Under the pieces are notes generated by a model. It had not been told where the DNA came from and ran no database searches. It saw nothing but the letters and a program-made list of their open reading frames with translations. Below are positions 1 to 12,890 of a stretch of DNA of 64,000 bases, one piece after another (the stretch's first letter is position 1; the number at the start of each line of letters is the position of its first letter). Made by a program: the position numbers and the translations under genes. Origin of the DNA: Squalus acanthias (Eukaryota); contig CM059432.1 of assembly GCA_030390025.1 (NCBI GenBank), forward strand, positions 126,916,001 through 126,980,000, given 5' to 3'.

Positions 1-27
1 AAATGGGTGATACCAAATTTTTCTCCC
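1..27. mobile_element. Right terminus (TIR) of a Harbinger-type element extending beyond the window start
   Basis: aaatgggtgataccaaatttttctccc resembles the termini at 9340-9366 and 10525-10551. Confidence 0.5.
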
Positions 28-3000
28 ATAGAGTCATAACGGCACAGAAGGAGGCCATTTGGCCTATCAAGTCCGTGCTGGCTCTCTGTAGAGCAATCCA
101 GTCAGTCCCATTCCCCTGCTCTATCCCCGTAGCCCTGCAAGTTTATTTCCCTCAAGTGCCTATCCAGTCTCCCCTTGAAAATATTGAGTGTCTCCGCTTC
201 CACCACTTCCGTTGGCAGCGATTTCCAGGTCCTTACCACTTGTTGCGTAAAAAAGTCTTCCCTCACATCCACCCTGTATCTCTTGCCCAAAAACTTAAAT
301 CTGTGTCCCCTAGTCCTTGTACCATCAACTAGTGGGAACAGCCGTTGCCCGTCTAGCCTATCCAAACCCGTCATAATCTTGTACACCTCTATCAAATCAC
401 CCCACAACCTCCTTTGCTCTAATGAAAACATTCAGCTTCTCCAACCTGTCCTTGTAGCTAAGATCCCCCATCCCCGGAACAATTCTGGTAAATCTCCTCT
501 GCACCCTCTCAAGGGCCTTCACATCCTTCCTAAAGTTTGGTGACCAGAACTGGACACAATACTCCAGTTGTGGCCTAACCAACGCTTTATAAAGGTTCAG
601 CATAACTTCTCTACTTTTGTACTCAATACCTCTATTTATGAAGCCCAAGATCCCATAAGCTTTGCTAACCACTCTCTCAATATGCCCTGCCACCTTCAGG
701 GACCTATGCACATTAGCTCCCAGGTCCCTCTGTCCCTGCACACTCTTTAAAACTGTGCCATTAAGTGTACATTGCCTCTCTCTGTTCCTTCTGCCAAAAT
801 GCATCACCTCATACTTCTCTGTATTAAATTCCATCTGCCACTTGTCTGCCCATTCTGCTAGCCTTTTTATGTCCTGTTGTAGTCAATTGGTGTCATCCTC
901 ACTGTTTGCCATGCCCCCAAGTTTGGTGTCATTGGCAAATTTAGAAATTCTACTCTGTATTCCAATATCCAGGTCATTTATATATATCAAAAAAAGCAGT
1001 GGCCCCAGCACTGACCCTTGGGGAACACCACTGTCTATCATCCTCCAGTCTGAAAAACAGCCATTTACCACAACTCGCTGTTGTCTGTCCTTAAGCCAAT
1101 TCCTTATCCAAGCTGCCACTGACCCACTTATTCCATGAACCTCAATTTTGTTCACCAGCCTTCTATGTGGTACTTTGTCAAACGCCTTCCGAAAATCCAT
1201 GTAGACAACATCCATTGCATTCCCTTCATCAATTCTCCCTGTTACTTCATCAAAAAATTCAATTAGATTAGTCAAACACGATCTGCCTTTTACAAATCCG
1301 TGTTGGCTCTTCTTAATTAGCTTAAACCTCTCCAAGTGCCCATTAATTTTTTCCTTGATTATTGTTTCTAAAGCTTTACCCACCACTGATGTTAAACTGA
1401 CCGGCCTGTAGTTACTACAATTGTCCTTACACCCTTTCTTGAACAACGGTGTCACATTTGCCACTTTCCAATCCTCAGGCACCTCCCCCGCATCTAGGGA
1501 AGATTGGAAAATTATGGCAAGCCCTTCCGCTATTCCCTCCCCCAATTCCCTTAGCAACCTGGGATGCAAGCCATCTGGACCAGGCGACTTATCCACTCTA
1601 AGCATACCCAGCCTTTCTAGTACATCCTGTCTATCAATTTTCACCCCTTCCATTGTTTCTACCTTTTCCACTTCTGCTGATATTTTGTCAGCATCCACCT
1701 CCTTAGTAAACACCGATACAAAGTACTCATTGAGTTATTCTAGCCTTGCCCTGCGCCTCTAAGCATATATCACCTTCTTTGTCTCTAATAGGCCCCACCC
1801 CGCCTCTTAACACTCACTTACTGTTTACGTGCTGGTAGAAGATTTTTGGGTACCCCTTTTATGTTAACAGCCATTCTAATCTCATATTCTCTCTTTGCCA
1901 ATCTTATTTTCATCTTTACTTCCCCTCTCAACTTATTGTATTTGGTCTGGTTCTCCCTTGAAGAATTCACCTGACATTCATCATACACCCTCTTTTTTTG
2001 TTTCATCATCTTCTCTATCTCCCTCGTCACCCAAGGAGCTCTTGTTTTGGTTCCCTTTCCCTTCCCTCTTGTTGGAATGTACCTAGCCTGTACTTGGAAC
2101 ATCTCCTCCTTAAAGATCACCGTTCCATTACAGTTTTTCCTGTCAGTCTTTGGTTCCATTTTACCCTGGCTAGATCCTTTCGCAATTCATTGAAGTTAGC
2201 CCTATTCCAGTTTAGAAGTTCCACTCTAGATTGTTCCTTGCTCCTCTCCATTGCTAATCTAAATCTTATGATACGATGATCACTTGTACCCAAGTGTTAT
2301 CCCACAGACACTTGGTCGACCTGGCCCACCTCATTCCCCAGCACCAGATCCAGCAATGCCTCCTTCCTAGTTGGGCCAAGAACATACTGGTCATGGAAAT
2401 TCTCCTGAACACATTTCAGAAATTCCTCCCCCTCCTTTCCCTTTACCCTAGCATTATCCCAATCGATATTTGGGTAATTAAAGTCCCCCAATATCACCAC
2501 TCTATAGCTCTTGCAAATCTCTGTGATTTCATAGAAACATAGAAGATAGAAGCAGGAGTAGGCCATTCAGCCCCTCGAGCCTGCTCCGCCATTCGATGAG
2601 ATCATGGCTGATCATCCAAACTCAGTACCCTGTACCTGCCTTCTCCCCATATCCCTTGATACCTTTAGCTTTAAGAAATATATCTAACTCATTCTTGAAT
2701 ATATTTAATGACTTGGCCTCAACTACCTTCTGTGGTAGAGAATTCCACAGGTTCACCACTCTCTGGGTGAAGAAATTCTTCCTCATTTCTGTTCTAAATG
2801 GCTTACCCCTTATCCTTAGATTATGACCCCTGGTTCTGGACTCTCCGACCATCGGGACCATTCTTCCTGCATCTAGTTTGTCCAGACCTGTCAGAATTTT
2901 ATATGTTTCGATGAGATCCCCTCTCATTCTTCTATACTCCAGCGAGTATAAGCCCAATCGACCCAATCTCTCCTCATATGTCATTCCTGCCATCCCTGCA

Positions 3001-3384
3001 GATTTGCTCCTCTACCTCCCTCTCACTATTTGGAGGCCTATAGAATACCCCCAATAGCGTGATCATACCCTTTTTGCTCCTCAACTCTAACCAAATGGAT
3101 TCTGTCCTTATCCCCTCAAGAACATCCTCCCTTTCCAACACTACAATGGCTTCCTTAATCACACTGCCACCCCACCTCCCTTTTTTCCTTCCCTATCATT
3201 TCTGAACACCTTGTACCCTTGAATATTAAGTGCCCAGTCCTCACCGTTTTTAAGCCATGTTTCCGTTATTGCCACAACATCATATTGCCACACGGCTAAT
3301 TGTGCTTGTAGCGCACCAACCTTATTCAACACACTTTGTGCGTTTACGTACATGCATTCTAAATCCATTTTTGAATTTTTCGTA
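28..3384 (-). mobile_element. CR1 LINE, ORF2 (APE endonuclease + RT) with frameshifts, 5'-truncated near the start of EN; interrupted by a second CR1 at ~2530-2996
   Basis: Minus-strand ORFs give VAITETWL and GDFNYP (EN), [36 protein letters not shown] (RT), YKALVRPQLEYC, RGH. Confidence 0.95.
2530..2996 (-). mobile_element. Short 5'-truncated CR1 nested in the EN region of the preceding CR1
   Basis: ORF 2622-2993 is the CR1 ORF2 C-terminus; catagaaa tail; nearly the same sequence as 40645-41110; host frame resumes after it. Confidence 0.9.
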
Positions 3385-3951
3385 GTATTCTGTAACCGCA
3401 AAGGCTACCACTCACTTAATGTGCAGTTGGTGTGCGACCACACACAGTACATCCTCACCGTCAATGCCCGCTATCCTGGCAGCAGCCACGATGCTTTCAT
3501 CCTGCGCCAGACTGGTGTGCCAGCTCTGTTCCAGCCACCACATCAAGCTAGCGGATGGCTGCTGGGAGACAAGGGCTATCCGCTCTCTACCTGGCTCATG
3601 ACTCCACTCCACAACCCCAACACTCATTCCCAACACTCATACAATGAGAGCCATGCTGTCACTAGGAACATCATTGAGCAGACCATCGGGATGCTCAAGC
3701 AATGGTTCCTCTGTCTTGACCGTTCGGGAGGAGCCCTCCAGTACTAGGCTGAGCGGGTGTCCCTTTTCGTCGTCGTCTGCTGCATGCTGCACAACTTGGC
3801 CATCATGAGGGCAAAGCCATTGCCACCAGGCATAGCCGCACCACCTCAGGAGGAGGAAGCAGAGGAGGAGGAGGAAGAGGACGAGGATGAGGAGGAGGAT
3901 GAGGAGGAGGTGGAGGAGGAGGAGGAGGAACAGGAGCACGAACAGCAGTGA
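3385..3951 (+). pseudogene. Harbinger (HARBI1-like) DDE transposase, C-terminal half with acidic tail
   Basis: [41 protein letters not shown]; in-frame stop at 3745-3747; poly-Glu tail. Confidence 0.9.
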
Positions 3952-4599
3952 CAGAGGATCAGCCACTCCATCGGCCTTGTGGAAGGGCGGTCCGTGACCA
4001 CCACATCAGACTGTGGTTCCAATGAATCCAAGGCCACTTCCCGGTTGCTCATCCAGTCTCCATCATTCCATCAATTTCTCATTCCATACCACACCCCCAA
4101 GATGAAATGAGACACAGCACCATTTCTGCAACATTCCAATAATAAATGTATCCACAAGCAGTAACCACATATATACAACAACAATATTAACTAATGACCC
4201 TTGTGCAGACCCTTACTTGCCCTCTTTACAGTGCCTTTTCCTATTCTAGTGCTCTTACATAGTGCCTCCCCAGTGGATGCAGCAGGGCTGGTGGAAGGCT
4301 GCTGCGTGTCGGTGCCAGAAACTACAGATGGTCTTGCAGGACACCCTCAACCAGCTCTGGGCCTGGAAGGCCCGGCTGTAGACTGCACCACCTCAGGATG
4401 GGCGGCAGCAGTCTGGGCTGGCTGGATGACAGACAGCGGCAAGGGAAATGGCGGAGTGCCAGTGGTGGGAGCAGGAATGCTGTCATCCTGAGAGAGGACG
4501 GCAGGTTCCTGCTCCATTGACACACTCCCACTCCCCCGGGGCAGCACCTCAGCATCCTCACCAATCTGCTGCATCACAGATTGCTGGGCTGCTGCAACA

Positions 4600-5883
4600 G
4601 GGACAGTCAGCATGGATTTGTTAAGGGAAGGTCGTGTCTGACTAACTTGATTGAATTTTTTGAGGAGGTAACAAGGAGGGTCGATGATGGTAGTGCGTTT
4701 GATGTAGTCTATATGGATTTTAGCAGGGCTTTTGCTAAGGTCCCGCATGGCAGACTGGTCACAAAAGTAAAAGCCCATGGTATCCAAGGCAAAGTGGCAA
4801 GTTGGATCCAAAATTGGCTCAGAATCAGGAAACAAAGGGTAATGGTCGAAGGGTGTTTTTGTGACTGGAAGGCTGTTTCCAGTGGGGTTCCGCAGGGCTC
4901 AGTACTGGGTCCTTTGCTTTTTGTGGTATATATCAATGAATTGGACTTGAATATAGGAAGTATGATTAAGAAGTTTGCAGATGATACAATAATTGGCCGT
5001 GTGGTTGATAGTGAAGAAGAAAGCTGCAGACTGCAGGAAGATATCAATGGACTGGTCAGGTGGGCAGAATAGTGGCAAATGGATTTCAATCTGGAGACAT
5101 GTGAGGTAATGCATTTGGGGAGGGCGAACAAGGCAAGGGAATACACTATAAATGGTAGGACACTGAGAAGTGCAGAAGATCAGAGGGACCTTAGAGTGCA
5201 TGTCCACAGATCCCTGGAGGTAGCAGGACAGATAGATAAGGTGGTTAAGTGGCATACGGGATACTTGCCTTTATTAGCCAAGGCATAGCATATAAGAGCG
5301 GAGGTTATGCTTGAACTATATAAAACACTAGTTAGGCCGCAGCTACAATAATGCGTGCAGTTCTGGTCACCACATTACAGGAAGGATGTGATTGCACTAG
5401 GGGGGTGCAGAGGAGATTTACGAGGATGTCGCCTGGGGTGGGGAATTTTAGCTATGAGGAAAGATTGGATAGGCTGGGGTTGTTTTCTTTGGAACAAAGG
5501 AGGCTGAGGGGAGACCTAATTGAGGTGTATAAAATTATGAGGGGCCTATATAGAGAAGGACCTATTTCCCTTAGCAGAAGGGTCAATAACCAGGGGGCAT
5601 AGATTTAAAGTAATTGGTCGGAGGTTTAGAGGGGATTTGAGGAGAAATTTTTTCACCCAGAGGGTGGTGGGGGTCTGGAACTCACTGCCTGAAAGAGTGG
5701 TAGAGGCAGAGACCCTCATCACATTTAAAAAGTACTTGGATATGCACTTGAAGTGCCATAGCCTACAAGGCTACGGACCAAGTGCTGGAAAGTGGGATTA
5801 GGGTGGATAGCTCATTGTCGGCCGGCGTGGACAAGCATGGCCTCCTTCTGTGCTGTAAATTTCTATGATTCTATGATTCTATG
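4600..5883 (+). mobile_element. 5'-truncated CR1 LINE nested in Harbinger copy 1
   Basis: [29 protein letters not shown]; 3' tail (ttctatga)x3. Confidence 0.95.
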
Positions 5884-6448
5884 ACACCGTGAGATCCCCA
5901 ATGGACTGTGGTGGACCCAGTGACAATGGCAGCAATCAGAGCTTTCGTGGCATCAAGATGAAATTGCATGAGAGCAGTCTGAGACTGTATGGCATCAACC
6001 ATTGACTACATTACAGCACTAAGACGTTGCGTAGCTTCCGCCTGTGCTGCAATGGATGCTGCCACATCGCCCATGACACGCGGCTTGAGGTCTGGGTCCC
6101 CACAGTCTCTCAGGGAGTCCACCATCTTTTGCAGACTGCCAAGGATGGCTCCATGGTGTACGCAGAGCTTTGTGCAATGTTGGAGGCGGACTCCTCCATG
6201 CTCCTTACCATTGCCGACAGGCTCTCGGGCACCCTTGCCATTGCTCCTATCATCTTGGTGTGCATGGTCATCACCCTTCTTGTGAACGCTTCCCCATCGA
6301 GGTCCTTATCTGAGTCCTGTGCAGCAGAACTCGCGCTCGAACTCGCCTTCCGGGGAGCTGACTCCCGAGCTACCCTTTCCCCCTGGCCTGGCTGCAGCCC
6401 ACTTGTCCTTGGTGCATCACCCAGTGCAGACCTCTCTACTAAACCTGC

Positions 6449-8112
6449 TGTAAGGGTTTTGACCCGTGTGGCTCTGTGCTCAGCCTGGGTGCTAGTGCGA
6501 GGTTAGGCCTTGTTGCCTGTTCTGGTCTCCAGCCAGTCTGGGAGCACTAGACACCTGTGAGTGGTTCGACCCACTCGCCCTTACGGTTCTGACACTGGAC
6601 TTAGATGCGAGAGCAATAATGGAGAGAAAACTCAGGTAGACCCGGTTGAATGGTACGAAATGGAAAATCTTTATTGCATATTATTCAAGATTATGAAATA
6701 CATGTCATAAGCACAGATTAATGACAGTACAATCTTACACGCAGTTATGTAACTAATTTTAGGGAAACGAGGAACGAACGACACATCGTAAATGGGGGCA
6801 CGCATTACAGTTATCCTTAAAACTTAAACCCTCCCCTATCAATACCTGCTCTAAACTAGATTTGTAGGAACGAGACTCATGCTCACCACTCGTGATAACT
6901 CGGAGAATTCCGAAAACTCTGCTCGGATGTTTTTACCGCAGCACCTGATCACCCACGTGTTGATCAGGGGTCTCTGTACCCCACTTGTTTACTCGTTTCT
7001 GCTCTGGCTAGCAGGCTGGACCGTCTGCTGTCATGAAGATCTGTGTTGTCCTCGGAGTTCCGACTCTACTCAAAAAAGAGTCTTCCTGTGCCCTCGCACT
7101 GATGCGATAAAATTCAAAGAATAGTCTTCCGATGCCAGTTCTGTAAAGCTCAAAAAATAGTCTTCCTGGGCAAGGAAAGTGTCTATTCGACCTACAGGCG
7201 CGGTCGGGGCTTACTGACCGTGGCGATACGTATGGTCGTCTTCTTCTCTTCTCATCTCATCTCATCTCATCTCATCTCATCTCGGGCCTTCGATTCCAAC
7301 ACCGTTTACCGACTTCTCGGGATGGTGTGCCCGTTTCAAGGCTTCACAGCCCAGTTCCACACAGATCTTCGCGGCAAGCCACGAGGCTGATCCTGGCGGA
7401 TCGGAAAGTTCAACAGTCTTTAAGAGCTGCAAGAGGCAGAGACACGAGGCAAGCGGCAAGGAGTCAAAAGGATAAGAGAAAGATGGACGGTTGCAGCTTA
7501 CAGTTATAGTGCGAAAACTCTTCTTTTCCCGCCCAACCTTAATGTCTTTTCTTTTGTTAGGGTTTTGGCGCTCAAATTTCTTGTATAGGGTGATCTCCGT
7601 TTTAATGGGTTTCGGGGATACTCGTAACTGTCTGAGTACCTGTTAATACTTTTCCAATGTGTAACCGGTCGGTATTCTCCCTGGAGGGGTTTTGGGGCTT
7701 CCAAATGTTTTCTGTAACTACCCGCAAACGGCTCTCTCATCGTAGAGTCATGGGGATTTTGCATATTAATGTCTTTGGATGGGTTCTTGATCGCTTGGTA
7801 CAATAGCCCCTTTATTCGCACCTGGGAGACCGATTTCAGTATTTATGTGTATACTGCAAACCCATAATGTCTCGTGTATTATCTCAAATGTGCTGAGTCT
7901 TGATCGATCTCGCACAAATGTTTATTGGAACGCCATCTTGTCTGCTTATCGAAAAGTCTAGAATGTTCTGCCACGAGGCGTGGCGGCCATTTTACAGGCT
8001 GCTTGTGTCCACTTTGAAAACCTGACAGCATTCTGCTGAAATAAAACTGTTTGAACGAAACTATGTGTTTTCTCCTTATTTATAAAATCGCGATTATATT
8101 GCGAATTCTACA
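6449..8112 (-). mobile_element. Long solo LTR (1664 bp) with 4-bp TSD
   Basis: Ends TGTA...TACA; ctgc at 6445-6448 and 8113-8116; AATAAA on - near 6670; host exon is colinear across the insertion when compared with ~39150-39190. Confidence 0.8.
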
Positions 8113-9459
8113 CTGCCTCTAAAGATCGCGTAGTGCCAGTATCTGAGGTGGTGCCTGCGGGTGAGAGATGCAGTGACGCCGTGCTTTGCTCCTCCTCCTC
8201 TTCTCCTTCCTCACTCTCAGTGGGAGGCTCAGGGATAGGCTGCTCATCTGGTTGCTGATTCTCTGAAAGCATAAAGGCACAAGACTTGTGTTAAGGTGAG
8301 GGAAAGGGGGCAGGAAGAGAGCAAGGAATGCAGACAGTATCAGGAGCTGGAAAGTGGGAAAGTCTTGTGGTGTGAGGGGGAAGTGGGATGAGAGAAGGAG
8401 AGGGGATGACCATACCATTGTTGCCCCCAAGGGGGTCGCGTTGCCGATAGCCACGCCACCAACCACCTGCTGCCCAATGAGTCGCAGCACTCGTTCCTCC
8501 AGGTCTGAGAGCTGCTGGAGCTGTGCATCGCCCCCGCCTGTTCTCTGCTGCTCCCTCCTATTGTGGGCCAGCTTGGCCTGCAAGACATACAAATGTGTGT
8601 GAGTCAGAGTCCAGCTATGTGGTTGGTATATATGCCTGCCGTAGTTCAATAGCCGTGATTGTAGGCAAGGCGTGAGATGTGGATGTGAGTTTGAGTAGAT
8701 GCAGATGCTTGGTGGGTGAGTGGTGGGGGTGTGGTGGTTTGTGCAGTGTGTACAGACTGAGGTTCAGATGCTGGTATGTAGCACCTGTTGAAGCATGTAC
8801 TCACCCTGACCACCCGAGTGAGGTCATTGAATTTCTTCCGGCACTACGTCAGGCTGCGTATGACCGCACTACTGGCCGAGACCTCCTGGGTCACTTCCCT
8901 TCACATTGCCCGGAATACCTGGGGCAATGGCCTCCTTCCAGTGTCCGGGAACAGCACTGCCCTCCTTCGCTCCGCTCCCGCGACCAATGTCTCTAATGCC
9001 TCGTCCGTGAAATGATGAGCTCTCTCCCTGGGAGTGGGATCAGCCATCACGATCAGGGGATTGAGTTCCTTGCAGGTAGCCTTCACAGCCAGCGCTGCTG
9101 ATAATGAGGACCTGCACAATGATGCAACCTCCCCTTAATGAGCTGGAAGGGGCCAGTGTGAAGGATCATTCCCGATTGCATAGCACCTGAAATTCATTAT
9201 CGCTCTGCTGGTAGCCCCCCTGTCGCGCCCTAATGAGGTCATTAGCTCTCTCCTGGAGCGCTAACAGCCAATTTAGGGGAACCTCATACTCATTAGCGCC
9301 TGGTGCTAATTTATCACAATTTCAAAATTTAGCGCCCCAAATGGAGCGATAACGAATTTCTTCCCCTATAAGTTGTGTTGGTTTTTGGTGGAAGCATTGA
9401 CATTTAGTTGTCCTTTGCTCTCTGCATTAGACTATTTCAACGTGTGTTAGGGGTTCTGG

Positions 9460-10622
9460 TACTCCACTAACAACTCAGAGATCATAAATTTAAATCCCAC
9501 CGGAGCAAATTGTGAAACTGAACGCAATAAATCTGGTCATTTGTGGGACAGACCAAAAAAAATGACCATGAAAGCTGCTGAATCACGAATGACTATCAGG
9601 AGTGGGGACCCGCCACTCCTACTTCGTCTGGCATACATGTCACTCCAGTCCAACACTATGTGGTTGACTCTTAGGGGGAAAAATGCAGTTGCTTTGCGCC
9701 TCCCGTTAGCGCCCTAAGAGGGCGCTAATGGGGCGCAAAGCAACTGGCGCCCGGGCGCGGCGATGTTTGCGCCGCTCGCGAAATTGATGACATTTTGCGG
9801 CAGCGCTAAACACTACCGCCATGATCTCCTGCGCCCGCAGATCGTGACGTCAGTCGAGCGTGCAACGCCCCAGTAGCGCCCCGGACCAGATATTGAGTGG
9901 CGCCCCCTGCCTTACTGCCTGCAGCTAGCAACGACAGGTTGAGGGGAGCGTTTTGCAGTCGGGAAGGGACTGGGGGAGCACTACTTAAAGGCGACTGCTT
10001 CCTGCCTTTTTCTGTCGGCGACATTTTTGCACCACGCATTCTGATTAGAGGGAGAGAGAGACTTCTGGAGAGATTCAACGCTGTGTGAAGGAGTTTTGGG
10101 TACTGAGCAGCACTTTGCAGGTTCATTTTGATTTGAATCGATTTAGAAGAGACTATGGGGGCTGTACTCTGAGTTCTTTCCCTGGGCCTCTCCATTGTTC
10201 TTTCCAGCAGATTTGATGTACAGGTCTCTCCAGGCCGAGATTCAAGACTGTGCAGATTGTGGATGGAGAGCAAGATCGACCCTCCCCTTTAAGAACTAGC
10301 CAGCGCCAGTGTGTCTGTGTTCCATTGCTGACTGACATCACATGAACTTTGCCAGCGCTCTGAGGTAGCGCCTCGCTCCTCGGCGTTAGCGCCTTAAGAG
10401 AGGTGTGTAGCGCCTGATTTAGCGCTCCAATCACCTCCAGGGGCGATAGAAGCCAAGTTTGCAGTCGGAGGTGATAATTAGCGCCAGGCGCTAAACTTTG
10501 CGCCCGGCCGATAATTGTGCCCCAAACGGGGCGATACCGAATTTCTCCCTCTTAATGCCCCCAGGGCAACTAGGGATGGACAATATATGTGGCCTTGCCA
10601 GTGTTGCCCACATCTCAAGAAC
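9460..10622 (+). mobile_element. Degraded SINE (tRNA-like head remnant, body, LINE-shared 3' tail) split by a MITE
   Basis: Body (tgtggttgactctta) and tail (agggcaactagggatgg...gcccacatc) match the 5' UTR and 3' end of the LINEs at 25630-28740 and 53490-56481. Confidence 0.7.
9674..10551. mobile_element. Non-autonomous Harbinger element (MITE), TTA TSD
   Basis: TIRs gggggaaaaatgc / gaatttctccctc; TTA at 9671-9673 and 10552-10554; inverted second copy at 51453-52348. Confidence 0.9.
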
Positions 10623-11199
10623 CAAAACAAAAGCAACTACTTTTACATATTTTCTTTGTTTTTTATTTTACCAACCTTTCCTACAGTATTGTTGATTGCT
10701 GGGCCGGTTACAATTTGTGAGAGGGGTTGGCCTCCCAACTTTTGGCTTGGCCTGCCCTCCCGTTGCCAGCATGGGCACACTCACACCGTAGGCAGGAGCG
10801 ACTCTGAAATTGTCAACATCCCATCTTTGGGCTTTACTTGAAATTTGGAAAATGCTCAGCAAATCTTTCAGGTGCCAAGTTATTTAAGCAGTTTAGATGA
10901 AAATCCTATTAAGATTACCATAGCAGTGGATGTAGTCATTTTAAAATGGAATTACCTCCAAAAGGGAAAAAGAAACCTCATTGTTAGTGTTGCAGGTTTC
11001 TTAGTTGCATCATTTCATTCCCAAACGATATTTTTTTATAGCCTTCCTCTCATTTTTATTGTCACAGCAGTTGGCTATTCATTTGAGAGATGGTATTGAA
11101 TAACATTACCCAATTATTGGTACATTGGTAAGTTTATCGGCCTGTAAATACTATGGTCATGTCTCTGGGCATTTTTGAAAATGAAGATGGGGGGCGTGA

Positions 11200-11766
11200 G
11201 GTGAAACTAGTCTTGGGTGGCAGTGCAAGACAGGCCATAGTGAATCGATAACCCATCTTACACCCCGGAAAGGAAAATCGGGTGCCGTGTAAAACAGGCT
11301 GCCAATTTGCAATAAAAGAAACACTTGCATTTATATAGCGCCTTTCATGGCCTCAGGATGTCCCAAAGCGCTTTACAACCAATGAAGCACATCCGAAGCG
11401 CAGTCGCTGTTGCAGCATAGGAAGTACGGCAGCCAAATTGTGCACAGCAAGGTGCCACAAACAACAATGAAATAAATGATCAGATCATCTGGTTTAGTAA
11501 TATAGGTTGAGTGATAAATATTGGCCAGGACAGCAGGGAGAACCCCCCCGCCGAGAGAACAGACACGCTTCGGTTTAACATCTCATCCGAAAGACGGCAC
11601 CTGCAACAATGCAGCATCCCTTCAGTCGTGCACTGAAATGCCAGCCTGGATTACGTGCTCAAGTCTCTGGAGTGGGACTTGAACCCACGACCTTCTGACT
11701 CAGAGGCGAGAGCCACAGCCGACACCTAAAGCTATGAGCGCTACTGGCGAAGACCAATTTCACCCC
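11200..11766. mobile_element. Small degraded Harbinger-type MITE interrupted by a SINE
   Basis: ggtgaaactagtc ... ccaatttcacccc; a similar uninterrupted element lies at 30676-30786. Confidence 0.45.
11320..11726 (-). mobile_element. DeuSINE / SacSINE1-like tRNA-derived SINE
   Basis: B-box-like ggttcaagtcccactccagagac, Deu-domain-like gccgtctttcggatgaga, L2-like tail ggcgctatataaatgcaagt (recognised from memory of the family). Confidence 0.8.
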
Positions 11767-12890
11767 ATGGTGTTTTTTATGTTCTAGTTTATGCCGTTCA
11801 TCACCACAGTTTTTAACAAACTAGACAGGACCTCAGTCAAAGCTTCTCATCATCCTTCAATTCCTTTAATTTTCTAAGATACTTGCCATCTCTGCCTGCT
11901 GCTTTATGAAACTTCAGTTGTTCCAGTTTCTTAATGACAGTTTCGTAGTTATCTCAGTTCTTTCTGTATGCTCTGATGCAGTCACAGATAACTAGGTTGC
12001 AGCATCAGGTATATTGCTGCAATCTTCTCCTGTGAATACTGATGAGATGGCCTAATTTAAGAAGCACAATTAAACCTCCATCTTCCATCTCTAGGCTTCC
12101 ATTTTTATCCTTTCGATGTCCTCTATGTTTGCAGTGTGTCACCTGATTCAGATATATTCAAAGAATCTCTTATTTTTCCTGCTGCCCACAGGAATCTGTT
12201 TATCCAATATTCTACTATTACCTCATTTTCCTTTCAGTAATCCTGAACTTACTTTTCCATTCCGCACAACCATCCTGGGTGGATGCCTAAAACAGACATT
12301 AGGCCCCTTGAATATGTAAAGGCCTGACGCCTGTTAAAGGACCCCTTTCAGAAATTAGTTCTCACTGAGCGGGGCAGGCATCAGGCCTTCAGGAGTCTTC
12401 CAAACAAAGGTATGTTTGTAAAATATTGATTTTTAAAATATTGTTACCATCCAACCTTTCTTGGAAATTGGATTTCTTCCCCACACAACAATAAATGATT
12501 CAGGATTCCTGACACAGGTTTCCTATACTGGTTTGCTCACACAGCTAATTTTTGTCCTGATCACTGCGCACTATCATCTATAGACATTTTACCTGTATCA
12601 GGCACTTCGAAGCAAATTACCATCATGTGATATCCCACCGTTCATAGCTATTTAGTTTCCTCTCAAATTTCCCGATCTGTGCTGTGATCATAAGAACATA
12701 AGAACATAAGAAATAGGAGCAGGAGTAGGCCAATCGGCCCTTCGAGCCTGCTCCGCCATTCAATAAGATCATGGCTGATCTGATCCTCACCTCAAATCTA
12801 AAGAACACAAGAAGTAGGAGCAGGACCCGGCCACTCAGCCCCTGGGCCCGCTACGCCACCCACAGGGCCTCGACCGATCCGAACTCAGCC

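Larger units (their letters stand above)
4200..9047 (-). pseudogene. Harbinger Myb/SANT-like DNA-binding gene, 3 exons, disrupted by CR1 and LTR insertions
   Basis: Exon 1 MADPTPRERAHHFTDEALETLV ends at donor gtgagt (8804); exon 2 AHNRREQQRTGGG; exon 3 homologous to copy 3. Confidence 0.8.
3385..9366. mobile_element. PIF/Harbinger transposon copy 1 (left part missing), carrying nested CR1 and solo-LTR insertions
   Basis: Transposase C-terminal half on +, Myb/SANT-like gene on -, right TIR gaatttcttcccc ending at 9366. Confidence 0.88.

Noticed and set aside
175..1762. Plus-strand ORFs overlapping the first CR1
   Set aside because: Antisense shadows of RT coding sequence; the same pattern recurs in every LINE copy.
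7277..7821. Short ORFs inside the long LTR as viral accessory genes
   Set aside because: Short, no recognisable motifs; no support without a database search.
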